Part shown: positions 1 through 10,149 of the stretch, piece by piece | How the letters are laid out: each line of letters begins with the position of its first letter | Position numbering within the stretch: position 1 is the stretch's first letter | NCBI GenBank assembly: GCA_043228905.1 | Contig: JBHGNT010000256.1 | Coordinates: forward strand, 1-44,069 | Length of the DNA stretch: 44,069 nt | Origin: Azolla caroliniana | Lineage: Eukaryota > Plantae > Polypodiophyta | Direction of reading: 5' to 3' | Program-made: the position numbers and the translations under genes | The notes under the pieces: model-generated | Seen by the model: the letters and a program-made list of their open reading frames with translations, nothing else | Told to the model about the DNA's origin: nothing | The model's database searches: none

Positions 1-129
1 AAGCTTATGATCTATAGGTAAAGATTTGTAGGGACAATTCAGTAGATTCAAATTCACATTACCAAAACCTTATTTTGAATCCCTATTTCATTTGAAGGAC
101 TATATAATCATTATCACTACCTACATAAA

Positions 130-231
130 CACACACACACACACACACATACAGACATACATACATACATACATACACACTCACACTCACACACACTCAT
201 ATGCACATAAACATACATACACACACACACA
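130..231. repeat. Compound (CA)n/(TACA)n microsatellite in an intron
   Basis: Runs of acacac and catacatac are directly visible. Confidence 0.9.
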
Positions 232-264
232 CAAAGAAAGAATGAGAAGAAGATAAAGTAGTAC

Positions 265-774
265 CGAAGATGCTCAAGGCGAGATGCCGATAAGTTGGAT
301 GATCCAAGCCATCCCAAGCCCAAAGAGAAGCTAAGAGGATGCTATTATACCATGTCACCAAGGTGCCAACAACCAACATAAGACACCCTACAGAGAGAAC
401 CCAACCAAGAAACACATGGCATCATCAGCACACGTGATCAAGATAAACGAATTTGGAAAACCGAAAACATTTAGGAACATTTGAGTATATGTGCAGAGAT
501 TGAGTGAGTGAGTAGTGTTGGTGGATGTTAAGGAATTGTATCAATGAATGCTTCTTCAATAGAATGAGAAAGGGGGAGTGTATAGTTAAGAGATGGGTTA
601 AGTAAGTAAGTAAGTAAGTAAGTAAGAGCGACCTGTGGTCCATCCGAGGGAGGCGAGAGCAAAGGGGAGGGGAGAATAAGCAGCAGGTGTGGCGATGGTG
701 GTGGCTATGTGGAAGGCAGCATGTGCCCATTTCCCTCCTCTGCTCTCTGTCTTCAACTCCAACCCCATCTCCAT
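265..774 (-). CDS. GABA transporter 1-like amino acid permease (AAAP family), first two coding exons; gene continues past the window start
   Basis: Exon 1 is 774(or 768/819)-633: MEMGLELKTESRGGKWAHAAFHIATTIATPAAYSPLPFALASLGWTTG. Exon 2 is 387-265: CLMLVVGTLVTWYNSILLASLWAWDGLDHPTYRHLALSIF. Both junctions are GT..AG with consistent phase. W-x-HAAFH-x-ATTIATPAAY-x-PLPFALASLGW is characteristic of plant GAT1-like transporters. The start codon choice is uncertain. Confidence 0.85.
598..626. repeat. (TAAG)n tetranucleotide microsatellite next to the exon 1 donor site
   Basis: About 7 copies of taag. Confidence 0.9.
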
Positions 775-861
775 CTCTGTCTCCCTCTCTATTTCTGCCT
801 CTCCACACTTCACACACATTTATACATACATACATACCTACATATGTATATGTATAAATAT

Positions 862-863
<2 letters not shown>

Positions 864-900
<37 letters not shown>
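864..900. repeat. (GA)n microsatellite in the 5' region of the transporter gene
   Basis: Perfect GA run. Confidence 0.95.
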
Positions 901-903
<3 letters not shown>

Positions 904-1195
904 AATTTTGTTCTTTGAGTTTTGGGGGAAGGGGGATTTGAACCATTGACTTTTGGTAGTGTGTTTTGGTTGGTTTCACACCGGGAATGGATGAGTCAAC
1001 ATTCCCTGGCCTCTCCCAATCTCTCTCTTTGGGCACATGTATCCCCACGATGACCCTCACTCGCATGTTCAATTCATTTGCCTACCTTGTTTCTGAACTC
1101 AACTCATCCTAGACACAAAAACAAACCGAGTCATTGATATGCGTTCCTTTGCAATCTTGTTGGCCCATCACTTACAACTTGCCCATTCAGGTTTT

Positions 1196-1430
1196 AGAAT
1201 GCTATGTAGGTTAGCACTTTCAAATAGTTGTTTGTGTTGTGTGTGGTGAATGCTCCCTACGTTAGTGCTTCCAGATAGGTGGTGTTTGTGTGTGATGAAT
1301 GCTCCCAAGGTTAGCGCTTCCATATATGTGTGTCTTGTTTGTCTTTGATGAATTCTCCTTATGTAAGTGCTTTCATATGTGTGTATTGTTTGCTTGTGAT
1401 GAATGCTCCCTAGGTAAGTGCTTCCGGATG
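1196..1430. repeat. Minisatellite, 4-5 degenerate copies of a ~50-bp unit
   Basis: Recurrent core tgatgaatgctccctaggttagtgcttcca separated by TG-rich linkers. Confidence 0.75.
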
Positions 1431-2064
1431 GGTTCACTTGGACTCTTTCATTCCTTTCTCTCTCTTTTTGTTTGGTTTTGAAACTGTCACACCTTTATCC
1501 ATTAATCTCTGCCTAAATACCCCATGTGCTACATGTCTCCTCGAGTCTCTTTGTATCCGTTCCAATCCATTCAGTACAAAAGATTTTCTTTTTGTAAGGT
1601 ACGCCCGCGATTACTTTGTGTAAATCCACAACGAAGAGATGTCAAATCTGATTCTAACCCGAATGCTTTAATGCACTCCTGATGTGGAAAATAGTCTAAG
1701 AGGGTACAAAAATCATCGAGACAACAGTCTAGATAACCTCCTTGTCAACCAACAAACCAACAAACTATTAATGGAATTAGATGCAATGTGTACACATAAT
1801 AGGTATCAATCAAACCCCAAGACACCACCAAGAGTCTTATTTCTACATCAATTAACAAACTTTTAATTCAATTGATCTTCATCATTGCATGTCAACCACC
1901 ACCTACTTATGAAGAGTAAAAACATTATAGACTAATAATCGTTATTTTTTCTTTGAAAGGATGTATGAAAGCTGTTTATAACTTCATATTTTCAAATGTC
2001 TTTTTACCATTGTGTGAATCTTAAAGTTGAAAAAATATATCTTCTATTCACTCTCTCCCAAATG

Positions 2065-2067
<3 letters not shown>

Positions 2068-2097
<30 letters not shown>
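2068..2097. repeat. (CT)n microsatellite
   Basis: Perfect CT run. Confidence 0.95.
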
Positions 2098-2099
<2 letters not shown>

Positions 2100-3392
2100 G
2101 CTTGGGTACATGGTTTGCCCAATAATTGTTCCTCTATTGTCCCTTAAAATTTGCTCCATTGTGCCCCTTTGTCTTGCGCAAAACAAAGATATATAATGTA
2201 GATACATTACACGTCTTTATGAAACAACCACAAACAACTCGAAAGAAGATACATTAAGATGAAAGTCATGGTCACATCAACCCAACACGTTAGGAACCTA
2301 CAAGGACGTGTCATTTACATATCATTAAGTGATGAGTAATTATGCCTTCTTTGCACATAAAGAACTTACAATGGAGAATCAAGCATGGAGTTGCTAGAGA
2401 GAGCATATTCACCTTTTCTTGTTGTAGTATACCCAAGAGCCCTACAAGCAAATCATATACTACTCTTTGAGAAAGCTTCCTACACCTAGTCATTCATGGT
2501 ACCGGATGATTATACAATTCTCAAATAAATCTACCACCATCCCCATCTTGTAGGTAAATGCACGTGCCCCTTGTCTCAACAAAGAGGAACATTTGGAACG
2601 AGATTCTCATAACTTAGAATAACTCCTTAGGCCAAAGATTATGCGGTCATCATCCCTACAATCAAATGTCCTATGTTTATTTCTGTCATTCTTGGAAGAT
2701 CCTACAACTCGTGTACCTGTTTTTCATGGAATCTCCATGGTTTATGGATTATTTTTTAACCTAAGGTTCACTTAAGTCTAAGTACGTAGTTCCTTATTAG
2801 GCACATCTCCATCATTCTAGTTCATCTTCAAACCCGCTATCAGCCACACAATGTTGTCGATATCCCACCTATCATTGTCTCTATTGAACCTTTTTTGGGT
2901 AAGACATGGACATGATCATTGGCATCACATCTGAGATCTCACATCAATCACTAGTCAATGTTTTGTTTCAAACAACAACAAATTGAACACAATACATCAT
3001 CCATTGAGTCTTTATAAAGAATGAAGCATATGTGCACAAATGTAAGTTGAAATGATCACCTACCTTTTTAGTCACAAACATCAAATAGGTTGAAGAAAAT
3101 ATCGACTAGGCAAGTATAACCATTGTGGTCACAAATGTTATGGAGATAGAGGAAAAATTCAAGACAATTACAAACCTTTCATGTCTCAAATAATGACTAC
3201 AAAAAGATAGTTATTATTAATGCATTAATTCTTCCCAAATGAATTAGCTAGTTTATGGTCAATTTTGATGTGGCAAAAACCACAATAATTTGTTAGGCTT
3301 ATGTAGAAGGTCAAATGTCAACGTGTTCTTTTTTCCAAAAAAAAGATACTACATTAGTATTAGAAAACGTCATAGGGCTATCCATACAAGAT

Positions 3393-3869
3393 TGTTGAGA
3401 TATCAAGCTCAACTAAGTTTAGTCATTTAGTTAACCACATAATTTAGTAGTTACCTAGATAGAATCTAGTTAGTGTGTTGACTTGAAAGCCTTAAATAGG
3501 ATTCTGTACTTACGTGGGATACATTCTAGATCCTCCACTCACATGTTCATTTATAATAGGACTTATATCTTTGTACCTATATTCTACTCACACATGTGCA
3601 CTCTTGCACATGAGATCTATATATACCTTATTGTGGGTACTTTTGTAACTTGATGTTTTTAATATAGAGAAAGGTCTTTAGCTACACTCTTGTTAATCAT
3701 CCCATATTTATCTTATTGCTCATAAGTGTATCTTCCTCTTGCTCTTTCCCTCTCACATACACACACACACACACATCACATAATGTTCCATTGCTTAATC
3801 ACATATGTGATCTACTACTTACATAATTAGACACTAATTAACCCTTAGTTAATTATCGAATTATTAACA
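3393..3869. mobile_element. Probable solo LTR (~477 bp)
   Basis: TGTT...AACA termini. The flanks AAGAT (3388-3392) and AAGAC (3870-3874) match at 4/5 positions as a TSD. An internal TATA-like 'ctatatatacc' is present. Confidence 0.55.
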
Positions 3870-4958
3870 AAGACATACTACATATCCCCTTTTTTTCTAA
3901 ATTCCAACCATCGGCTTAAATAAATACTTTGATGCAGGGTTAAACAAATGTCCACATGGTTTACAAATCATCTCCAAATATTAGCATGAAGATCATGCGA
4001 GGAGCATGTACTAATACATTTTAACATCTTACATAAACAACCTAAATAAACTCTTCAACCATGATACTTAACAATGAAAGGAGATAACCAAGAGAACAAT
4101 ATCCTAGACTAATACGATATTGAAAAAACTTTAGAGATAAGTTTTAAGTGACCATGTCCCTCTTTCACTTCCTTGTTTCATGTTGACAAGCATTTTGGGC
4201 TAGTGAGAGAGACACCTGGAACACAACATTACATGCAAAGCACAATGTGATGAGCTATGTCTTGTTTCTAAATGTGGTGATAAATTAACACTGAGAACCT
4301 ATAAGAGAGCTCCAAGAATTTAACAAAATAGAGAAACAAGCTACTTTTTTTTTAGAGAAAACGAAAGTAAAACAACAAAAATAATCTCTACTTGTACATT
4401 TCTATATTTAATCATTACAATAACTTTCCCCGTTTAGCGCTAACAAGATATTATTCCTAATGAATTAAACTAGGCATATTTCTAAAGGTCTAAACAACAA
4501 TGCCTGCAAACCTTTATAATATTATTTTGAGATAATGAAACGTAGAATCTCATTCCTTAAAAATGGGCTTTACATGATATTCTAAGTTTTTCCACAAAAA
4601 TAATAACATGCCCCTTTAAAAGGCAATGCTAGTAATGCATGAGGAACCATTGACTAACAATCAAAAGCATGAGGATCCACCCAATGTGTAGGTTAGAAAA
4701 CATCCTTTAAAACTTACAATGAAGGCATGGGGACCAGACATACACGTGACATAACACATTAAGGTACTCATTCGTTAGGTTAGTCAACCCGATGAGGGAG
4801 TTCTTATGCAATGCTTTAATAAGTAGAAATGTGTGTATGAGAGAGAGGGAGGGAGGGAGGGAGGAAGGAAGGGGGAGAAATTATGGAACAATTTGTCTTA
4901 AATCCAACATCCATTCGTAAACAAAAGATATTATGGAATTTATAAAGCATCCATTTGT

Positions 4959-5776
4959 TGTCATGAAGATCCGTCACTACGTGCGGATCGTGAGGCGGAA
5001 CTGCGGGGGTTCTAAACCGGAAGGATTCGAAGTTTGTAGTAGCTTTAGCGAGAAAGTATTTAAGATAGATTGAAAGAGAGAGAGATTGAGATAAGATAGA
5101 ACGCTTGACTTTAGATTGAGAGAGATTGAAACAGAGAGAGAGAGAGAGATTAAGATTGAACCCTTGATTTTAGATTTGAGGAACACGATATAATAATCAT
5201 CAATTGGATAACAAAATTTCTTCTTATTAAATTCTTGATTAATACATCGCTTCGCCTTTTTGATCTTTTTCATCCACTCTTTTATAGATGCCCCGATGCA
5301 TATGATACATGTGAGGGTACAAGACATGCATACAATGCATGTGATGCATGTTTGCCATTTGGCACTCATGCATTACATGTGATGCATGATAACCATGTCA
5401 CTCATTGAAGCTCTAATATGAGAATTTGCATGTGAAACTATAATGATAGAAAAAATATTTTTAAAGAAATGACTTGGCTTAGTAGTAAGCTTACTGCCTC
5501 CTATCTTGGAGGTGCAAGGTTCAAGCCTTGCTTGGATCTCTTTGTATAAAAATTTTTACTAGGTTTTTTAGTCTAGATGATTTTGTTCGTTTCACACTGA
5601 AATCATCGTGATCAACCTATCCAATCGATCCGTCTATCCGGTCCAGTTTCGATGTCGGTGTCGGTCCTAGTTTGGTCGACGTCCCCGTTCGGTTCCAGTC
5701 CCCGTCCGTCCGTTCCTGTTCCCGTTCCGTCGTCGTCCGTCCGGTTCCATTGCCGTCCACATAAACCACGACGACA
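4959..5776 (-). mobile_element. Probable solo LTR or LTR remnant of a Gypsy-type element (right end 5776 or 5802)
   Basis: The left end reads ...cttcatgaca on the minus strand, resembling the 3' end 'cttcgcgaca' of the neighbouring Gypsy LTR. There is a minus-strand TATA (ctataaaaagag, ~5277-5288), a CpG-rich block at 5620-5776 and cgaca/tcatgaca termini. No TSD was found. Confidence 0.45.
5471..5540 (+). other. Degenerate tRNA-derived (SINE-like) module
   Basis: A-box-like TGGCTTAGTAG, hairpin cctcc-tatctt-ggagg and B-box-like GGTTCAAGCC at tRNA-like spacing. Confidence 0.5.
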
Positions 5777-5875
5777 AGTTAACCAAGTAAGTGCTCATGA
5801 CAATCCCATCTCAATTTCTGCCCCGCCTTCTCATAACCCAAGGAGGCCTAGTAGTCCTTGTCATAAAGATACATT

Positions 5876-6870
5876 TGATGTCTTGAGCCAATTAGATAAT
5901 GTGTTAAACAAGTAAATCCGGCCAAAATTGGAGCCATTTGGTTGGACAGCCCTAGGCATGTAACGTCCGTCCCTAGTTGTGATGGATGAATAGACACCTA
6001 TTTATAGGTCCTTATAGAATATTCTAGAATGTTCTAGAATATTTTTTATATTTTTGATATTTAATATAATCATGGAATATCCTAGAATGTTTTAGAATAC
6101 TCTAGAATGTTCTGGAATACTCTAGAACGTTCTAGAATACTCTAAATATCAATAATAACTAATAATACATTTATTATAACCATAGATTGACATATTCGCA
6201 TTCGTCGAGTTTCCCATTCGAATGCAAATGAATACGCATACGAATGGGTGGTCAAGTATTCGTTTAACTCCAAAAAAAAAAAACTATCTTTTTTAATTTC
6301 CTAGGATTAAAAAAAAGGAACTTGACAATAAATAGGGATAATAAAAGAGGGACTTGGGGATTTGTCACTACTAAATTTTTATAATAAATGTATAACTTAT
6401 AAATTATAACTATTCGTTTTATTTTTAATAAATAAATAAAATAAAATAAAGGTTCATTAATTTCTCACTTTTTATTCCCTCAAAATTTATGGATATTTTT
6501 ATTTTGACATTAAAAATAGTACTTCAAAGTTGAAGTTCAAACTAATCATATATTTAAAGTTTATACTAATTATATTTGTATAGTAAATATAAAAATATTC
6601 ATTTTGTAAAAATTAATTAATTAATTGATTGATTAAAATAAGTTTCATAAACTCTCTTGACACTATAATCTATTAATGAATAATTGTTCGTTTTTTGGTA
6701 AAATAAATTTATTTAAATAAATAAATAAATATCGTATATCTATTTTGCAAAACGAATGGTTTTTTAATATTCTTAGGGCCATTTCATATTCTCGAATATT
6801 GAGAATATTGCGCATTGAGAATATCGTGAATATCACACATGTGTCAATCTATGATTATAACTATACATCA
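5876..6870. mobile_element. LTR-like remnant with (TTCTAGAA-xx)n 10-bp repeats, interrupted by a hAT MITE
   Basis: Tandem ctagaatatt/ctagaatgtt decamers at 6015-6145, minus-strand TATA ctataaatagg near 6000, and tgatgt...acatca ends. No TSD. Confidence 0.35.
6181..6853. mobile_element. Non-autonomous hAT-type DNA transposon (MITE), 673 bp
   Basis: Perfect 12-bp TIRs CATAGATTGACA / TGTCAATCTATG and a perfect 8-bp TSD ATTATAAC (6173-6180, 6854-6861). The interior is AT-rich and non-coding, with subterminal gaatat/attcg motifs. Confidence 0.9.
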
Positions 6871-6879
6871 TATATGTTA

Positions 6880-6946
6880 TTATAATGGTTAAAGGTCTAA
6901 CACATAGACCAAGATGTTTTGGGCTCGAATCCTTGTAAGGCCAAAA
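6880..6946 (+). other. Degenerate tRNA-derived SINE-like head
   Basis: A-box-like tataatggtt, hairpin ggtcta-acaca-tagacc and B-box-like gggctcgaatcc. The tail resembles 32860-32926. Confidence 0.4.
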
Positions 6947-6953
6947 TGTTAGG

Positions 6954-7714
6954 TTGTGCTTTAAGCATGGTTTTCAAGATACTTGGTGCTCTCCCTCCTT
7001 TAGCAAACATGTTGAATCTTTGCAATTCTCTAGATCAAATAGACGGTTATTAGGTACAAATATATCTCGATTAGATAGATTCTATGATGACAACTTCTTT
7101 ATGGCATTAGGAGGATCATTACAGATATTAATTGGGACAACTTTCTCAAATCACTCACCTCTTATTGTTACTTTCAAAAAAGTGGAAAAAGGGAAGTCCT
7201 TTAAGATACCTATACCCTCCTCCTTGTATGTGGATGTTGCCCTTTGAGGAGAAGTTTTAGCAATTTGGAAGGATACATGTGTATCACAATTGATGGTGTG
7301 TGATAGAGTTGCAAATGCAATGGTTAAAGTTAGTAATTGGTTTGGTACTAAAGCAAAGGAGGAACAATGTCAACTCAAAACTAAGATATTAAGTATGAAA
7401 CGAGCGGTTGCTTCTTTGCAACATTTTTAGCAACGTATGCCATGGGCTACGTGGGTGATGTTGGAATTAAATAATGCAAAGGATAATCTCGGTAAATTAC
7501 AAGATACTTGGGTTGAATGCACTTATAATGCATTTGTTGCAAAGTGGGCACAAGTGGGGGATAAAGTGTCTATTGATTTTTTTTCAAAATTGTAGCTCCA
7601 AAAATAATTTGTGATGGGATGAAACAACTACAGAGGGATGATGGATCCATTATGGAGGATGCCAGAGAAATGAGGAATATTGCTACGAAATTTTATAGTC
7701 ATTTATTGACTGCT
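6954..7714 (+). pseudogene. L1-clade LINE ORF2 remnant (endonuclease C-terminus and linker), degenerate
   Basis: Translates to SRLDRFY...FSNHSPL (the APE endonuclease SRLDR/SDH motifs), then KWAQVGDK..FF and FYSHLL linker motifs. Contains stops and frameshifts. Confidence 0.75.
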
Positions 7715-8598
7715 GAGGTGCACGGTTCAAAGTTGGTCTTACAATGCAGCATGATTTAAGGAATTTTATTCCTTTTGCATTGAAGACAAAATTGGCGACC
7801 CCCCCTTCTTTTTTTCTTATAACAGGAGGTCGAGGGGGCACATTGGGGGACGACATTTTTGTAAGGAGGAAACTATCGCCATTTTTCCTTTAGAGCTCAT
7901 CATCATCTTCTTCACCACTTCTCTTCATCTCTTCATACCCCTTTATCCCCTCATCGCCACGTGTTCGTCTTCTTCGCGTTGGCACTCGAAGTGCTCGTGA
8001 GCCCAAGCTTCGTTTGTTCGACGTTGCGAGCCCGTGTGCTCGTGAGCCCAAGCTTCGTTGGTTCGACGTTGCGAGCCCGTGTGCTCGCCGTTCGGGTGGT
8101 CGTGGTTCGTTGGGATTGGCATTTTGGTGGTGCTCATGTGTTCATCTCCGTTGTGTTCGGTTTTGCTCTTGTCTCTAAGGGCATTTAGTGTAAATATGTT
8201 TTGATTGAGCTTGTGGTTGACTGGAAGTTGCCATTGTAATCAAACCCTATTTTATAAAGGGTTCTCTAGGGTTGGAATCGAACACGTATTTATTTCTTTG
8301 GCCAATATAATTTGTGTTTCTTTCTTCTCTCTTTCTTTCGCAAAGAGGATTCATAGAGAGAGTTCGTAGAGAGGATTCGTAGATTGAGGCTTTGTAGAGT
8401 GAAGATTCATACAGTGAGGATTCGTAGAGCGAGTATTCGTAGAGCAAATCCAAGATTCGTAGAGTGGGTTCGAAGAGTGCTTTATATTTATAAGATTTAA
8501 AATAAATAAATAAATAATTGTTTATCCCTTGAGTACTCCCTAGTCCAAGACCCTCGTGGTCCTGCCTAAGTGACACACGCGCACGAAACTTCGCGACA
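7715..8598 (+). repeat. Gypsy 5' LTR (first ~280 bp deleted)
   Basis: Aligns with 17790-18672 and ends in CGACA directly before the PBS. Contains a private 44-bp tandem duplication (~7991-8078) and GAGGATTCGTAG repeats. Confidence 0.88.
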
Positions 8599-8603
8599 TA
8601 AAT

Positions 8604-8621
8604 TGGTGAACCCGACGTGAA
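8604..8621 (+). promoter_or_regulatory. Primer binding site complementary to the 3' end of plant cytosolic tRNA-Trp
   Basis: TGGTGAACCCGACGTGAA is the reverse complement of ...TTCACGTCGGGTTCA-CCA, the plant tRNA-Trp(CCA) 3' end as recalled. It lies 5 nt downstream of the LTR. Confidence 0.8.
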
Positions 8622-8643
8622 AGGGCGGCAAGGGAGAACCAAG

Positions 8644-9528
8644 ATGCGAGGAGGAGAACTCGAAGAAGCGATGGCGGCAGTGGTGGACCACTTGATAAAT
8701 GCCCGAGAAGGCATAACCAACCTAGACCGGGCCATAGAGACGGTGGTCAACACAACGGGTCGGTTCAATGGAAGAGATATCACGAGCTACTTGGATGCCT
8801 ATAAGGCCAAGATGCTTATGCGAAACGTCCCCGAAGATAGGCGGCTAACCGGATTCGCTAGAGTGGTAACGCCGAGTCTCCACGCAGAGGTACTTGAGAT
8901 CCAAGCGGACTGTTGTAATTGGGTGGAGTTCGAAGAAAGACTCCTCAAGATGTACGGCCTTGATGACTCACTCAAAATTTCGAAAAGGGATCTAATGGAG
9001 TAGGTTGAGCTTCCCGACAAGGGGAGAAATACTATGGTACTTTTACAAGAATTTGAGAAGCGCTTCGCGCGACTCTCGACTCTCGATAGGATGGTGCTTG
9101 ACACAAGCAAGGTTCTACTATTCATAAAGGTTGTTGATGCATGAGACCGAGAGAAGGTGGGGTGCCTCCTCGAAACTGATGATGGGCTCCCGACGAATTT
9201 GGCTATGGTAAAATGGGTTTGTAGTCTCTTCGATAAGAGAAGGGAATGGAACGACGGGTCTCCGTTCATCGGCCAAACATCCACAGGCTCCATTAGTGAG
9301 ACACACGAACCCAGGGGTGGTAGAATACCTCAAGAAAGAGAGCAAGCAAATGCAAGGTTCGTCCCCGAGAGAAACGTGGTTAAAGCACCGTCGGGAGGGT
9401 CGGCAATAGACAAGCTCACAAAGATGGTGCGAGATCTCCAAATAGTGCAAGCTAGGAGAGAGAGTGGCGGCCCTGAAGATCGACGTCCCCCGTTTGCACA
9501 AAGATGTATGTGGTGCGACAACCCTAAC
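8644..9528 (+). pseudogene. Gypsy gag, 5' part (premature stops)
   Basis: MRGGELEEAM...GRFNGRDITSYLDAY... with in-frame stops at ~9001 and ~9142. Ends in CMWCDNPN, the first half of a CCHC knuckle. Confidence 0.8.
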
Positions 9529-10133
9529 TGATGGAAACAATCGACACTTTCCAAACTTCACCTCTCGGCCACAACCAAGGAAACACACACGAATCGTTGT
9601 TGCAGAAAATGGGAAATGCAGAAGTAAATAAGTGGACACACGATTTAACGTGGAAAACCCTGTACGGGAAAAACCACAGGAGTACAAGACTCCGAACCAA
9701 AACTATGCACAGAGAAGTATACAATGGCGAGTTGCAAGGCGACGACCTTGAGCTCGCTGTCCTCGCCACAGGCGGCGGAAATACACAGAGGCGTCGACCT
9801 CTTCCTCTCTCACGCTCTATCTCTCTCACGACTGCTCTCTCTTCACTCCTCTTGAGTGGAAAAACAGAAAAATGAGTAGCAACATTAAAACTGTTTGCCC
9901 TAAGTCATATTTATACACATATGACTTTGGGGCTATTTACAACTATAGCCTCAAGGGCCCTTGGCAAACATATTCACAGATATGTCCCCGCATCCGGATC
10001 TCTCTCCGGGTACATTCGTCATCCGGCTCCGAAGCCGGGGTCTTCATCATCCGGTTCCGAAACCGGAACCGGGCTTGTCGGCATTCATCTCCGACATCCG
10101 ACCATCCCATCCGAAGGGACCGTAATCCCAACA
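9529..10133 (-). repeat. Copia 3' LTR
   Basis: Direct repeat of 14248-14852 with TG/CA ends. Confidence 0.95.
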
Positions 10134-10149
10134 AACTCCCCCTTCACTT
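10134..10149 (-). promoter_or_regulatory. Copia polypurine tract
   Basis: AAGTGAAGGGGGAGTT on the minus strand abutting the 3' LTR and overlapping the pol stop codon. Confidence 0.85.

Noticed and set aside
117-949. ORFs rich in CVCV/ERERER/LLTY
   Set aside because: These are translations of microsatellites; only the two spliced exons are supported.
5471-5540. Functional tRNA gene
   Set aside because: No complete cloverleaf or acceptor stem; kept only as a tRNA-derived module.
9531-9875. Duplicated 114-115 aa ORFs (also 14247-14594)
   Set aside because: They lie inside the LTRs, so the duplication reflects LTR identity and not a gene.
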